This document shows positions 27,825 to 38,000 of a stretch of DNA of 64,000 nucleotides, one piece after another. Under the pieces are notes generated by a model that did no database searches, had not been told where the DNA came from, and was given only the letters and a program-made list of their open reading frames with translations. This stretch comes from Candidatus Levyibacteriota bacterium (lineage in GTDB: Bacteria > Patescibacteriota > Microgenomatia > Levybacterales > UBA12049), in NCBI GenBank assembly GCA_027334565.1, contig DAHWUP010000001.1, positions 94,726 to 158,725 of the forward strand, read 5' to 3'. The position numbers and the translations under genes are program-made. How positions within the stretch are numbered: the first letter of the stretch is position 1; each line of letters begins with the position of its first letter.

Positions 27825-28829
27825 TTATAACTTTCTTAACTCTTCATCGATAAAGGCATCGAGGCCTCCGTCCAGCACGGAATCCGCATTGGAAGTTTCG
27901 TAACCGGTCCTTAAGTCCTTCACCATTTTATACGGATGTAAAACGTATGAACGGATCTGATTGCCCCATCCGGGTGTTTTATAGCCGCCTTTTAATTTTG
28001 CCTCCTGTTTTTTCCTTTCTTCCTCCTTAAGAAGCCAAAGCTTGGCCCTTAACATCTTCAACGCATATTCCCTGTTTTGACCCTGGTAACGTTGACCTTG
28101 TGCCGTAACGGTGATACCGGTAAGTTTATGGATCAGTCGTACGGCGGTCGAGACCTTATTAACATTTTGGCCACCATGCCCGCCGCTTCGAAAAAATTCC
28201 CATTGTAAGTCTTCATCTTTGATCACTATGTCGGGGGCTTCCTCGATCTCGGGCAAAACTTCAACAAGAGCAAATGATGTTTGTCTTAAGTTATCGGCGT
28301 TAAAAGGTGATTGCCTTACCAAGCGATGCACCCCCGCTTCTCCTTTTAAAAAGCCGTAGGCATAATTCCCTTTAACCTCAATAATTACGCTTTTTAAACC
28401 TGCTTCCTCTCCGGGTGTTTCCTCCAATGTCCGAAACTGCCAACCCCTTTTTTCGAAATATCGCGTGTACATCCGGTATAACATGTGTGCCCAATCCATC
28501 GCCTCGACTCCGCCCTGACCCGAATGGATCGAGAATAACGCCGGGGCATTATCATATTGGCCGGAAAAATATAAAAGCGTTTCTAATTCATTAAGCAGTT
28601 TTTCCGCGGCCTGATATTCCTGAGACTTTAACAGATTGGCCAGTAATTCGGCTTTTTCCACTTCATCCTGAATAATCGAAAGTTGTTTCATTTTCTCCGA
28701 TGCCTGTTTCTGATCTTTCCAGAAATCCGGATGGAGAGATTCCGCTTCAATTTCCCTGATCTTTTTTCGTTTATCTTCAATCCCGAATTTTTCTATAACC
28801 TTATTTATTCTTGCCGTCAACTCCTCCAT
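27825..28829 (-). CDS. prfB: Peptide chain release factor 2, continuous frame (start moved to ATG 28829)
   Basis: SPF motif (RQSPFNA), GGQ, WGNQIRSYVLHPY. Confidence 0.95.
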   Translation of the reverse strand: MEELTARINKVIEKFGIEDKRKKIREIEAESLHPDFWKDQKQASEKMKQLSIIQDEVEKAELLANLLKSQEYQAAEKLLNELETLLYFSGQYDNAPALFSIHSGQGGVEAMDWAHMLYRMYTRYFEKRGWQFRTLEETPGEEAGLKSVIIEVKGNYAYGFLKGEAGVHRLVRQSPFNADNLRQTSFALVEVLPEIEEAPDIVIKDEDLQWEFFRSGGHGGQNVNKVSTAVRLIHKLTGITVTAQGQRYQGQNREYALKMLRAKLWLLKEEERKKQEAKLKGGYKTPGWGNQIRSYVLHPYKMVKDLRTGYETSNADSVLDGGLDAFIDEELRKL

Positions 28830-28833
28830 AATA

Positions 28834-30132
28834 TTAAACAAACATTGTGACAATCATTGCAAATGCAGCCAAAAGCATTCCCGCGAACGTGAGCCAAACA
28901 AGGGTTTTTGAAATAATACCGCTTTTATGCTCACCCATTATACTCTTGTTCTGCGCTATTTTTGCTATTAAAAAAATTAATGGCACCGCCACAACACCAT
29001 TTATCACTGCCGTAATGACCAGCGCTTGTATAGGATCTATTCCGACAAAATTTATCAAAAGCCCGATCAGAGTCGCAACCGTGATAACACCGTAAAATCC
29101 ATGGGCGCGTTTAAGCTTTAAGTTAAGCCCTTCCTTCCAATTTAATGCTTCCGAAACCGCATACGAAGCGGAACCCGCCAAAACCGGAACTGCTAAAAGT
29201 CCCAATCCTACTATCCCGAAAGCAAAAATCAGCTTTGCCAGGAATCCCGAGTGTGGAAAAGTCTGTACAAGCGGCTCTAAGGCTTTTGCCGCTTGCGCGG
29301 AAGTCGTGATATCCTTTATTCCGTGCGCGTTTAAAACCGTTGCCACAACAACAATGATCGACCAGGTACCGATTTCCGACGTTATCATGCCTAAGAAATT
29401 ATCCACTTGAAGATTACGGATAAAATTTTTGGATAGTTTGGGCACTCCGCTCACTTTTTCGATATGTTTTTCCTTCTCTTCCTCAATTTCCTCCGATGCT
29501 TGCCAAAAAAACATATAGGGAGAAATTGTCGTGCCCAATACGCCGGTGATGATAAAGAAAAATGTGAAACTAAATTCGATATGAGGTAAAAAAGTGGCCT
29601 TAAGCAGGGTGACCCACGGTTCTTTGACCATGAACACCGTAAGGGGATAAGCCAGGAGTGTTAATGCAAGCCATTTTAAAATCCTTGCATAAACCTTATA
29701 TGATGTAAAAATTTCCAAAATCAACATGATAGCGGTAAATAAGATAGTAAGAAAAGTAAAATTCAAAGGTATGATCAGCTTGGTTGCGGCCGCCATCGCC
29801 CCCAAGTCGGCACCGATATTAATGGTATTGGCTATAAGTACCAGTACTACCGATGCATAGGCGATTTTTTGACTATAATTTGACTTAATTACGGCCACTA
29901 GGCCTTTGCCTGTTACCGCACCGATTCTCGCACAAGCTTCCTGTACGGCAGTTTGAAGAGGGAGCATGAATAAAGCGGTCCAAAGCTGTCCGTATCCAAA
30001 CTGCGCACCGGTTTGGGAATATGTCGCGATACCCGACGGATCATCATCGGCTGCGCCGGTGATCAACCCGGGTCCCAGAATCCGCAGGAAGCGACCAAAT
30101 TTATGTTTAATGATTTTTTCTTCCTCTTCCAT
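28834..30132 (-). CDS. NRAMP-family divalent metal transporter
   Basis: GPGLITGAADDDPSGIATYS, GTTISPYMFFWQ; about 11 TM. Confidence 0.9.
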   Translation of the reverse strand: MEEEEKIIKHKFGRFLRILGPGLITGAADDDPSGIATYSQTGAQFGYGQLWTALFMLPLQTAVQEACARIGAVTGKGLVAVIKSNYSQKIAYASVVLVLIANTINIGADLGAMAAATKLIIPLNFTFLTILFTAIMLILEIFTSYKVYARILKWLALTLLAYPLTVFMVKEPWVTLLKATFLPHIEFSFTFFFIITGVLGTTISPYMFFWQASEEIEEEKEKHIEKVSGVPKLSKNFIRNLQVDNFLGMITSEIGTWSIIVVVATVLNAHGIKDITTSAQAAKALEPLVQTFPHSGFLAKLIFAFGIVGLGLLAVPVLAGSASYAVSEALNWKEGLNLKLKRAHGFYGVITVATLIGLLINFVGIDPIQALVITAVINGVVAVPLIFLIAKIAQNKSIMGEHKSGIISKTLVWLTFAGMLLAAFAMIVTMFV

Positions 30133-30510
30133 TTAAAGTTTCCCGCAAATATTGATGCAGGTTTGCTTTAATTGGTTATTGGGATAATCTTTTAAAGCTT
30201 GAAGGTCATGGATCACTTTTTGCACCTGTGGCGAAGAGGTTGCTATATCGACCAGATTTATATTATCGGCTTCATTCTTAATAGCCTTTAACTGGTCTTG
30301 GACCCCTTGTCCCACATTGAATTGAGGTCCTGTCACGCCCGATGCGTTTTGGGTGAGTTTTTGGGGTTTATTGTAAGATGTTCCTAAAGAATAATTAAGT
30401 ATATTGAAACCGATAAATAATAAAATGAAAACGATTATAGCCACAACTACTATTTTTTTCTTATCCCATTCGGATTCTTGTTTTGACGCTTTCGCCTTAG
30501 CCTTGTCCAT
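30133..30510 (-). CDS. Single-TM hypothetical protein
   Basis: 125 aa; leaderless-type promoter TTGCAA-N16-TACAAT 6 nt before the ATG. Confidence 0.75.
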   Translation of the reverse strand: MDKAKAKASKQESEWDKKKIVVVAIIVFILLFIGFNILNYSLGTSYNKPQKLTQNASGVTGPQFNVGQGVQDQLKAIKNEADNINLVDIATSSPQVQKVIHDLQALKDYPNNQLKQTCINICGKL

Positions 30511-30595
30511 AAAATAATTGTAGGTAAATCATTTATCTTTTGCAAACAAAAGGGTAGTTTATTTTTATTAACAGTTACTTTATAATGGATTGACG

Positions 30596-31369
30596 ATGGG
30601 AATCTTTCAGGCTTTAATTCTTTCGATCGTTGAGGGTATTACGGAGTTCTTACCGGTTTCCTCGACAGGTCATCTCATCATGGCATCTGACCTTTTAAGA
30701 ATCTCGCAAACCAGCTTTGTAAAAGATTTTGAGATCATCATTCAACTTGGAGCAATATTGTCGATTATAGTTTTATATTGGAACAGTCTGTTCAAAAGCA
30801 TTGAGGTTTGGAAAAGGATAATTGCCGCCTTTATTCCGACCGGTATCATAGGATTATTAATGTTTAAAATTGTTAAAAATTATCTACTGGGAAATTTGTA
30901 TATCACTCTGGTATCCCTTTTTATCGGAGGCTTAGCATTGATAGCGTTGGAAATGATTTATAAAGAAAAAGAACACCATCTTGAAGATATTTCGAAAATG
31001 AGTTTCCCGAAAGCTTTCGCGATCGGCCTATTCCAGTCAATCGCGATAATCCCGGGGGTTTCCAGGTCGGCTGCAACGATCGTGGGTGCCTTATTTTTGG
31101 GCACAAAAAGAAAGGCTGCAGCCGAGTTTTCCTTCATCTTGGCCGTTCCTACCATGCTTGCCGCCACCGGACTTGATCTTTTGAAAAGTAATTTTTCTTA
31201 CTCCGCGGGCGAATGGTTGATTTTAGGAATTGGTTTTATCGGATCATTTATCGTCGCTTTGATCACTGTAAAATGGTTCATCAAATATGTTCAAACACAT
31301 AATTTTATCACCTTCGGAATCTATAGAATAATTATTTCCTTAATATTCTATTTTATCGTAATAAAATAA
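30596..31369 (+). CDS. uppP: Undecaprenyl-diphosphate phosphatase
   Basis: EGITEFLPVSSTGH, IQLGAIL, PGVSRSAAT, AEFSF. Confidence 0.96.
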   Translation: MGIFQALILSIVEGITEFLPVSSTGHLIMASDLLRISQTSFVKDFEIIIQLGAILSIIVLYWNSLFKSIEVWKRIIAAFIPTGIIGLLMFKIVKNYLLGNLYITLVSLFIGGLALIALEMIYKEKEHHLEDISKMSFPKAFAIGLFQSIAIIPGVSRSAATIVGALFLGTKRKAAAEFSFILAVPTMLAATGLDLLKSNFSYSAGEWLILGIGFIGSFIVALITVKWFIKYVQTHNFITFGIYRIIISLIFYFIVIK

Positions 31370-31387
31370 TTCTTCACTTTAAATACG

Positions 31388-31690
31388 ATGAATACGTTTA
31401 ATTTGGTTTATGATATTGTTGCTAAAATTCCAAAAGGTAAAGTAACAACTTACGGAGCACTTGCCCGACAAGTAGGTATAAATCCAAGGGTTGTCGGTTT
31501 TGCGTTACATGTCAACCAAAATCCCGACCGGGTTCCTTGTCACCGGGTCGTAAATGCGAAAGGAATGATATCGTCGGGCTTTGCTTTTGGCGGGCCTGAT
31601 GGACAAAAAAGGTTACTTTTAAAAGAAGGGGTAAAATTAGATGCTAACGGAGTTATTGATTTAAATAAATACGGATATTTCCTATTTTGA
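31388..31690 (+). CDS. Single-domain O6-methylguanine-DNA methyltransferase (MGMT/ATL family)
   Basis: IPKGKVTTYG, PCHRVV (active-site Cys present), LLLKEG. Confidence 0.9.
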   Translation: MNTFNLVYDIVAKIPKGKVTTYGALARQVGINPRVVGFALHVNQNPDRVPCHRVVNAKGMISSGFAFGGPDGQKRLLLKEGVKLDANGVIDLNKYGYFLF

Positions 31691-32014
31691 TCCTTTCGCG
31701 GTCTTGATATCTTCTCTCAGACTGTCGATCAAAATTTTAACTTCCCTAAAGATTTTATCCTCGATATTTTCGGTATTATTCCATAAGTGAATCCATATTT
31801 TGTCATTATCATTCGCCAGCAGGTTGGCTAAAAATAATTTTTTCTCTTTTTCCGGAAGTTCCGACAAAACCAGTTTTATCACGGTTGAATGAATATTGGC
31901 CTCAACAAGAGATAGCAACTCTAGCCTTTCCGGGGCCGATAAATCCAACTCTCCCAGATCGATAATTATTTCCTCCGTGCGTATCAAATGTTCGTAAAAA
32001 TATTTCTGTTTCAT
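31682..32014 (-). CDS. Hypothetical helical protein
   Basis: 110-aa ORF translationally coupled (ATGA) to the 32011 gene. Confidence 0.75.
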   Translation of the reverse strand: MKQKYFYEHLIRTEEIIIDLGELDLSAPERLELLSLVEANIHSTVIKLVLSELPEKEKKLFLANLLANDNDKIWIHLWNNTENIEDKIFREVKILIDSLREDIKTAKGSK

Positions 32015-32886
32015 AAAGGATTTAACGGTCCCAAGGGAATCGTATCGTTCGGGTCGTCGATAAAAAAATATAATACACCTCCTACTTGCGCCCCGTCGGA
32101 TCTTTGCAAATAGCTCATTACTTCCGGCGAACCGCCTAATTGTTTCCCTGTCCAGGGAGCAGGGCCGGCATCGGCGATGTCCGCGACCACTGCCCTACCG
32201 TTCTGAGGATTGACCACCAACATCTTTCTGTACTTGAAAAATTCCAGGTATTTTTGGGGGTTATTATAAAATCCCGGCGCAAGAAATGTTTGTACTGCAA
32301 TATAGTATTTTTCCCGGTCAATATCCTTTTGTGTTAAGTTATACTTGGAAGAAGCAAAATAACCCCATCCCCCCAGACCGGGAGCCATACCGAATTGCCA
32401 ATAATCGTTGGCACTTTGTGAATCCTGAAAATGGGTGAACATATTGTCCCCGGGATATCTTGACAGATGTTGCTCCTGGCCTATCAATCCGTATACACTG
32501 TTAAGCCTTATTCCCGAAATTTCAGGTGCTACGCTAATGCCAAAATCCCTGGACAGGATATCGCTAACTTGCTTCTGTTGTTCGATCGTCAACGGTTGCA
32601 CGTTGTCCGGCAAAACACTCCTAAGGTCGTAAACCAAAAATACTTTTTTATCGGTTATCCTTAGGGCTTGAGCCGAAGGCGTGGATAAAGTGGTCGGTAT
32701 TTTAACGGCTATCGGTTGGGTCAATAAAAAGAAACCGGCCAATGAACCTATTGCAAGCTGCCTGGAATTGTCGGACAACCACTCAAAAGTCCTTCCGTGT
32801 TTATCAAAAATTTCCCGCGAAAGTTCATTGTGTCTTGACTTCCATTTTTCTTTTAATTTTCTATAGCCGGCGCTCGGTTTTTTCAT
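32011..32886 (-). CDS. TM-anchored protein with a C-terminal RlpA/DPBB-like segment
   Basis: MLVVNPQNGRAVVADIADAGP..GKQLGGS resembles RlpA VTN..NGRSVVVRINDRGP..GRIIDLS. Confidence 0.6.
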   Translation of the reverse strand: MKKPSAGYRKLKEKWKSRHNELSREIFDKHGRTFEWLSDNSRQLAIGSLAGFFLLTQPIAVKIPTTLSTPSAQALRITDKKVFLVYDLRSVLPDNVQPLTIEQQKQVSDILSRDFGISVAPEISGIRLNSVYGLIGQEQHLSRYPGDNMFTHFQDSQSANDYWQFGMAPGLGGWGYFASSKYNLTQKDIDREKYYIAVQTFLAPGFYNNPQKYLEFFKYRKMLVVNPQNGRAVVADIADAGPAPWTGKQLGGSPEVMSYLQRSDGAQVGGVLYFFIDDPNDTIPLGPLNPL

Positions 32887-32946
32887 CAGCCTGAATTAAT
32901 CATAACAAATTCAACTAAAGTTTGGTCAACCGATGAAAATACGAAG

Positions 32947-33183
32947 TTACCTCTTTTTTTGGGGATTAACCAGATATAAAAGCCCGACCAGAAGTCCTCC
33001 CAACACCACGACCAAGACCAAAAATAATCCAAGACTGCTGGAATTTAATAATGTATCCTGATTATTATAAAAAAGCAAGAAAACTCCAAAGGCGATCAAT
33101 AGCACCAAAAAGGATAAAATTGCTTTAATATTTGCCTCATGCGAATCAAGCGTTGATTTCTTTTTAGCTCTTTTGGTAGGCAT
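32947..33183 (-). CDS. Small two-TM hypothetical protein
   Basis: 78 aa, basic termini, two hydrophobic helices; directly follows the pilin. Confidence 0.7.
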   Translation of the reverse strand: MPTKRAKKKSTLDSHEANIKAILSFLVLLIAFGVFLLFYNNQDTLLNSSSLGLFLVLVVVLGGLLVGLLYLVNPQKKR

Positions 33184-33193
33184 AGCTTAAGAT

Positions 33194-33679
33194 CTAGCGA
33201 GTATTTGATATAATTTCGCCGTTCTGTGCATCCGGGGCGGATACTGTCACCCTGTGGTTGGCATCTTGCCATATCAGATAATCGGTGTTATATGTTTGCG
33301 TGCAGTCCGTTACTGCCGTACCGGCACCGCTTGTACCAACACCGTATTGCGGGTCGGTCGGAAGCGCCGGCATATAATTTGTTACCAACTCTGCGCATAG
33401 ATCCGCTTGACCCGTACCGTTTCCGACCAATGCCGACGACGGGCTTGCCGGAATTCCCGTAGGTAACGTACCGGCATGATCGGCCGCATACGCACCTACC
33501 GCATTTAGAATCTGTGTTATATCGCTTCGTCTCCTGGTGTTATTTGCCTGACCGAATTGTCTGGCAGGATTAATTGCGATCAAAACGATTGCAAGAAGGA
33601 TAGCTAAAATTCCGATGACAACTAAAAGTTCGATGAGGGTGAAACCTTTTACGTTTCTAATTTTGGGCAGCGATTTCAT
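33194..33679 (-). CDS. Type IV pilin (probable major pilin)
   Basis: KG|FTLIELLVVIGILAIL class III signal, Cys pair, own promoter. Confidence 0.92.
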   Translation of the reverse strand: MKSLPKIRNVKGFTLIELLVVIGILAILLAIVLIAINPARQFGQANNTRRRSDITQILNAVGAYAADHAGTLPTGIPASPSSALVGNGTGQADLCAELVTNYMPALPTDPQYGVGTSGAGTAVTDCTQTYNTDYLIWQDANHRVTVSAPDAQNGEIISNTR

Positions 33680-33690
33680 GTTCTATATTC

Positions 33691-33719
33691 ACATTAGTAT
33701 AAAAAAAATATTTTGTCAA
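33691..33719 (-). promoter_or_regulatory. Pilin promoter TTGACA-N17-TAATGT
   Basis: Consensus -35 and TAnnnT -10, 11 nt before the ATG. Confidence 0.6.
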
Positions 33720-33758
33720 GAGGGTACTTAGAAGCTAATTCATCACCATTTTACAAAA

Positions 33759-34598
33759 TTAAGGACTTTGTTTAACCTGATTCTGGACACTCGCGGATTC
33801 CGAAGAACCGGATACTTGAGCGGAATTGGAAGATTGCAAATTGTTTTCCCCGGTGTTGACCGTTGTGGGAGAAGAAGCCGGTACGTTATTAAAAGTTCTA
33901 TGAACCGGTCTGGGCACTGCAATAAATGTCGTATAAAACATGTATATTAAAACTAAAAATAAGATTATCATTACCAGCACAAGAATATATAATCTGACAT
34001 CTTTCTTTTTAATTCCGATAGAATTAGCCACCTCGCCACCCAAACCTATCTTCTCAAGATCCAACATTGAATATTGATCGAACGATTCCAGTTTATTTTC
34101 GATAAAGGGAAAGTCTATTTTATTATTTAACTCCGGGTTTGTTGCTTCCAGTATCGTTAATGGGATAACCAAACCCACATGCGCCTTATTTCTTTCCAGA
34201 CTTTGTTTTAAAACGTTATATAGAATTTTATTTACCGCAACCACTCTGGTTTTTTTGTTAACTCTGTAGGTGTTGCTTAAAACCTCTTCGAATGGAACCA
34301 TATCAAGGAACTTTTGTGTTTCATCGTATTCCGACTTGGTACTGGTACTGGTAAGTTCTTTTTCAAAAGTGGTATTTTTCGAAAAGATCAGAGTGATATC
34401 AAAATCTTCGCCCTTTAAGTTCGGCAAACGAAAAAGTGAAGTGATTAAATGATCCAATTTTTCCCTATTTGCCACCTCCAGATTATTTATGACGTCCGAA
34501 GGGATATTCAGTTGAAGCGTATTGGTAACTTTTTTTGTATAAAACAGAAGTTTATTGGAGTCTACAACGATTATTGCAACTTCCCTTTTTGTACCCAT
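33759..34598 (-). CDS. Pilus-locus protein, possibly a divergent PilM/PilN-like assembly component
   Basis: Cytoplasmic alpha/beta region, one TM, low-complexity tail; last gene of the pil operon (function inferred from context). Confidence 0.5.
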   Translation of the reverse strand: MGTKREVAIIVVDSNKLLFYTKKVTNTLQLNIPSDVINNLEVANREKLDHLITSLFRLPNLKGEDFDITLIFSKNTTFEKELTSTSTKSEYDETQKFLDMVPFEEVLSNTYRVNKKTRVVAVNKILYNVLKQSLERNKAHVGLVIPLTILEATNPELNNKIDFPFIENKLESFDQYSMLDLEKIGLGGEVANSIGIKKKDVRLYILVLVMIILFLVLIYMFYTTFIAVPRPVHRTFNNVPASSPTTVNTGENNLQSSNSAQVSGSSESASVQNQVKQSP

Positions 34599-34990
34599 CA
34601 GTTAACCTCCTTCCATGACTGAATTGTCAACATACCATTATTGTACACTGTTTTAACTTGGATTTGCCTAACCGAATTCTGGTAGGTTCCGACCGCCGTG
34701 ATGATCCCGCCGCTTGAAGTTGATATCACAACGCTGCCTCCGTTTATATAAAGCGGTTGGCCGGGCGGTGTACCGCTGTATGCCGGATTCCTGAGCATCC
34801 GCAAGATTCCTTCTTCGATTCCACTTTCCGCAATGTAATAGGCATATATCCCCTGTTGTGTATCGCTTGAGGCTTGCATGTTTTGAAAGATAAAAACAGC
34901 CGCGGCCAAGGCGATCGTCATTCCCATTACCGCTAAGAATAACAATGTCACCAAAGCTTGTCCGGCCTGACTTTCGATTATTTTTTTCAT
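34598..34990 (-). CDS. PilX-like minor pilin
   Basis: AG|QALVTLL (no Glu5), AYYIAESGIEEG. Confidence 0.85.
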   Translation of the reverse strand: MKKIIESQAGQALVTLLFLAVMGMTIALAAAVFIFQNMQASSDTQQGIYAYYIAESGIEEGILRMLRNPAYSGTPPGQPLYINGGSVVISTSSGGIITAVGTYQNSVRQIQVKTVYNNGMLTIQSWKEVN

Positions 34991-34991
34991 T

Positions 34992-35555
34992 TTAACGCGT
35001 ACCTGTCGTAAAGTTAAAATTTTCGCTGTTTACGCCTCCTCTTCTTATAACTTTACTTATGACTGTAATAGAAACGGTGATGGTGCTGTATTGATTACTC
35101 GTATCGGAAAGCCTGAAAAAACTTATCGACGAAACCTGGGTATTAATGCTATTTAATTGGTCGGTGGTATTAAGCGCACTGTCATGAATATCCAAATTGC
35201 CATTTGAAAGCGAATACGTATAAGTTGTCGCCGGACTCGCAATGACCAGAGTTTGACCCGTCGATCCAGCAGCCGGAGATAAAATCGCGGAAGAAGTTGA
35301 GTTTTTTATATCGTAACTTAATTTATTGACAATATAACGTCCGTCCTGCGCGACCGCGGAGGTACTTTGAGACTCCAGTTGGACGTCAAAAACCGCCACG
35401 AACAATTGAAACAACACCACTATCAGAATTGAAAAGATGCCCATAAAAATCAAAAGTTCGATGAGAGTGAAACCTTCTCTTTTTTTAAACTTTGAACATA
35501 AGTCCCGAAAATGGGATTTAAGGGAACGTTGAAAGTCAAAAATTGATGTCATCAT
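34992..35555 (-). CDS. PilW-like minor pilin
   Basis: EG|FTLIELLIFMGIF. Confidence 0.88.
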   Translation of the reverse strand: MMTSIFDFQRSLKSHFRDLCSKFKKREGFTLIELLIFMGIFSILIVVLFQLFVAVFDVQLESQSTSAVAQDGRYIVNKLSYDIKNSTSSAILSPAAGSTGQTLVIASPATTYTYSLSNGNLDIHDSALNTTDQLNSINTQVSSISFFRLSDTSNQYSTITVSITVISKVIRRGGVNSENFNFTTGTR

Positions 35556-37519
35556 GGCGAATAGTTTATTGTCATATCGTATAAGATCGGTGTCAATGTC
35601 GAATCATTCGAGGAAAACGTAGCTATATACTCAAAACAGTCGCCGGGATTAACATAACTACCGCTACCCGTAAACGGGATTTGTGCGGAAATAACGCCGT
35701 TCACGGGAGTAAAAAAGCTTCCCGCAGTACCATCCGGACCGATAAATGTATAAGAGGCCGCTGCACAACTGCCGCTTACCGAGTGCGCAACGGCCACCTG
35801 TATCCCGATCGAGGTTTGCGCCGGTTGGCTTACATCCGCGTAAATGTGATTAAAGGTAGAAGGCGCGCTCAACTGCAGCGGTGCCGAAGTATAGCTTCCA
35901 GAAGAACTGAACTGTCCACTACCCGGTCCTCCCAATACGACCTGGAATTCGGCGGACGCATTATTGGTTAGAATGTAGGAAAAAACTTTTCCGTTGGGCT
36001 GCATAACGGACGCGACCGCATTTACCGAAGTAACGCCGGCAGGGGTCATACCGCCGCAGGTAACGGCCTTATCGGGAAAAGTGGTATCAAAAACCTGGTA
36101 TAAATATGTCCCTCCCGACCCGACAATGATCGCTCTGTTCCTCGGAACCACCGTAATTCCCTTGGGGTTCATTCCGTTGGTCGAATAGGAACCGACGATA
36201 CCACCTGTTGCTGCGTTCACAACAAAAAAATCGTTACTACCCGAAGAATAAGTGGTGACGATATATACATAAGTTTGTGTGGTGTCAACGTACAAATCAA
36301 CGCCTGCCAAATTGTTGCCTAAATTTACGCTTTTAGTAACCACCATCGCCGAAGGGGTGGCGACATTGACGATCTGAAGCTGTGACGTGGTGCTGTCTGT
36401 CGCCACATAGGCATTGGTTCCGACCACGAAAACCCTTTTTCCGTTTCCCGCTAAAGTCACACTCCCAAGCTGCGGGCGCGAACCGGTTTTTGAACTTACA
36501 TCAAAACTGACAAGCTGATTTCCCACCGTCACGAATCCGGTGGGGTTTAAAACATAGATGCTGGTGCCTGTGCCTGAAACACCGGAATCAAAATAACCGA
36601 CATCGGTTAAATTACTGGAATTGGCTATATCTACGGTATGATTTGGCGGGCGATTTTCATTAAAATAAACATAATTTCCTTGGTTTCCAACAAATATACC
36701 ATAGGCTTTTGCTTCGTTGTTTGAAGCGGGGTTAAGTACGGCGGGCGGACTGGCAAAGGAAACTGTCAATCCGTCAACGGCATCTCCCGAGGCGTTTCCT
36801 CCGGTGGTCGTATAGGCAATATTTTGGGCTGCCGTAGAGGTAGCCGACAAGTTTTGCGAAACTCCCTGTCCCGGTAAATTGAATGTTGCTAGCACCCCCT
36901 GGGCCGGCTGGCACCAGTCCCCTCCCCCCGCTCCGCCCCCGGCACCAAGCTGGACCTGACCGTCGTTCGGAACGGTACTTCCCGGGGTCGAAACTACGGC
37001 CGTACCGCTTAGACTGCCCGGAGAAAAATCCGTGACCGTAGTTTGTATCTGGGAAATATTTTTATGTCTGGTTAAATAAGAGATGCTTGAAACCGTTGTG
37101 GCAAACGGAACGTTCCACGACACGGAAACTGTGATCATTTTGGTAGACGGATCAAGCGTGCCTCCGCTCGTTGCAATGTTGCCGTTTGTATCCCTGTATA
37201 CATCGCCGATCACAATTTGTCTTGTGAAATAAGTACCGATCGATTCGCTCCCGGCGGCCAAAGCCCACGTTGTTCCGGAAATAACCGGATGGAAAGTGCC
37301 GTCTGCCAAATTCGTCCAATTGTTGTTATCGATTATTCTTACCGCTTCCTGGGCCTCCTGCAGATACTCAAGCGCCTGCGTTCTTTGCTGAAGCTGTGCC
37401 CTTCCGCCCCTGGCAATGGCAAAAGCACCCAACAGGGCAGGGATCAAAATTGCCGTTAAGCCAATGGCAATCAATAATTCTACCAGGGTTTGACCGAATT
37501 GTTTTTTTACAAGATACAT
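35552..37519 (-). CDS. Large PilV-like minor pilin/tip adhesin with an LVIVD-type beta-propeller (start moved to ATG 37519)
   Basis: FG|QTLVELLIAIGL; AQEAVR; repeats such as VFVVGTNAYVATDSTTSQLQIVNVATP. Confidence 0.85.
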   Translation of the reverse strand: MYLVKKQFGQTLVELLIAIGLTAILIPALLGAFAIARGGRAQLQQRTQALEYLQEAQEAVRIIDNNNWTNLADGTFHPVISGTTWALAAGSESIGTYFTRQIVIGDVYRDTNGNIATSGGTLDPSTKMITVSVSWNVPFATTVSSISYLTRHKNISQIQTTVTDFSPGSLSGTAVVSTPGSTVPNDGQVQLGAGGGAGGGDWCQPAQGVLATFNLPGQGVSQNLSATSTAAQNIAYTTTGGNASGDAVDGLTVSFASPPAVLNPASNNEAKAYGIFVGNQGNYVYFNENRPPNHTVDIANSSNLTDVGYFDSGVSGTGTSIYVLNPTGFVTVGNQLVSFDVSSKTGSRPQLGSVTLAGNGKRVFVVGTNAYVATDSTTSQLQIVNVATPSAMVVTKSVNLGNNLAGVDLYVDTTQTYVYIVTTYSSGSNDFFVVNAATGGIVGSYSTNGMNPKGITVVPRNRAIIVGSGGTYLYQVFDTTFPDKAVTCGGMTPAGVTSVNAVASVMQPNGKVFSYILTNNASAEFQVVLGGPGSGQFSSSGSYTSAPLQLSAPSTFNHIYADVSQPAQTSIGIQVAVAHSVSGSCAAASYTFIGPDGTAGSFFTPVNGVISAQIPFTGSGSYVNPGDCFEYIATFSSNDSTLTPILYDMTINYSP

Positions 37520-37520
37520 T

Positions 37521-38000
37521 TTAATTTTCCGATATGACAATGCCGTATCTATTTACACTTATTGTTTTTGTCTTCGTTCCGTCGGATTCTCCGACCGAAA
37601 CGGAATTTGCGCCGCTTAGAAACCCGCTCGCCGTGCCGGTGACGGAAGAAAAAATTATACTGTCCTGGGGAAAAGTGATATTTGAAAATTGAAGGCCGGA
37701 GTTTAGCATCACCGTAAAATTTGTGCTGTCTGCGGGATTGTAGTAATTTCCTTTGAACAAAACATACCTGTCGGTCTGGAAATATATGCCATAATTCGTA
37801 CCGCTTGACGTTCCGATGCCAAGCATCGCCTTGGTCTGTTGGGAAGCCATGTCCGATACCAGTGTGTCCGCAGTCGTTCCCACCTCAGACGTCTGCTGCG
37901 TGCCTACCAGATTGAACATCGTCATTCCGAATAATGTCAAAATGATTCCCAACACCAGGACTAGCTCTACCAACGTGAATCCGTAACTGTTATTTTTCAT
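37521..38000 (-). CDS. FimT/GspH-like minor pilin
   Basis: YG|FTLVELVLVLGII; YGIYF; IIFSSVTG. Confidence 0.88.
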   Translation of the reverse strand: MKNNSYGFTLVELVLVLGIILTLFGMTMFNLVGTQQTSEVGTTADTLVSDMASQQTKAMLGIGTSSGTNYGIYFQTDRYVLFKGNYYNPADSTNFTVMLNSGLQFSNITFPQDSIIFSSVTGTASGFLSGANSVSVGESDGTKTKTISVNRYGIVISEN

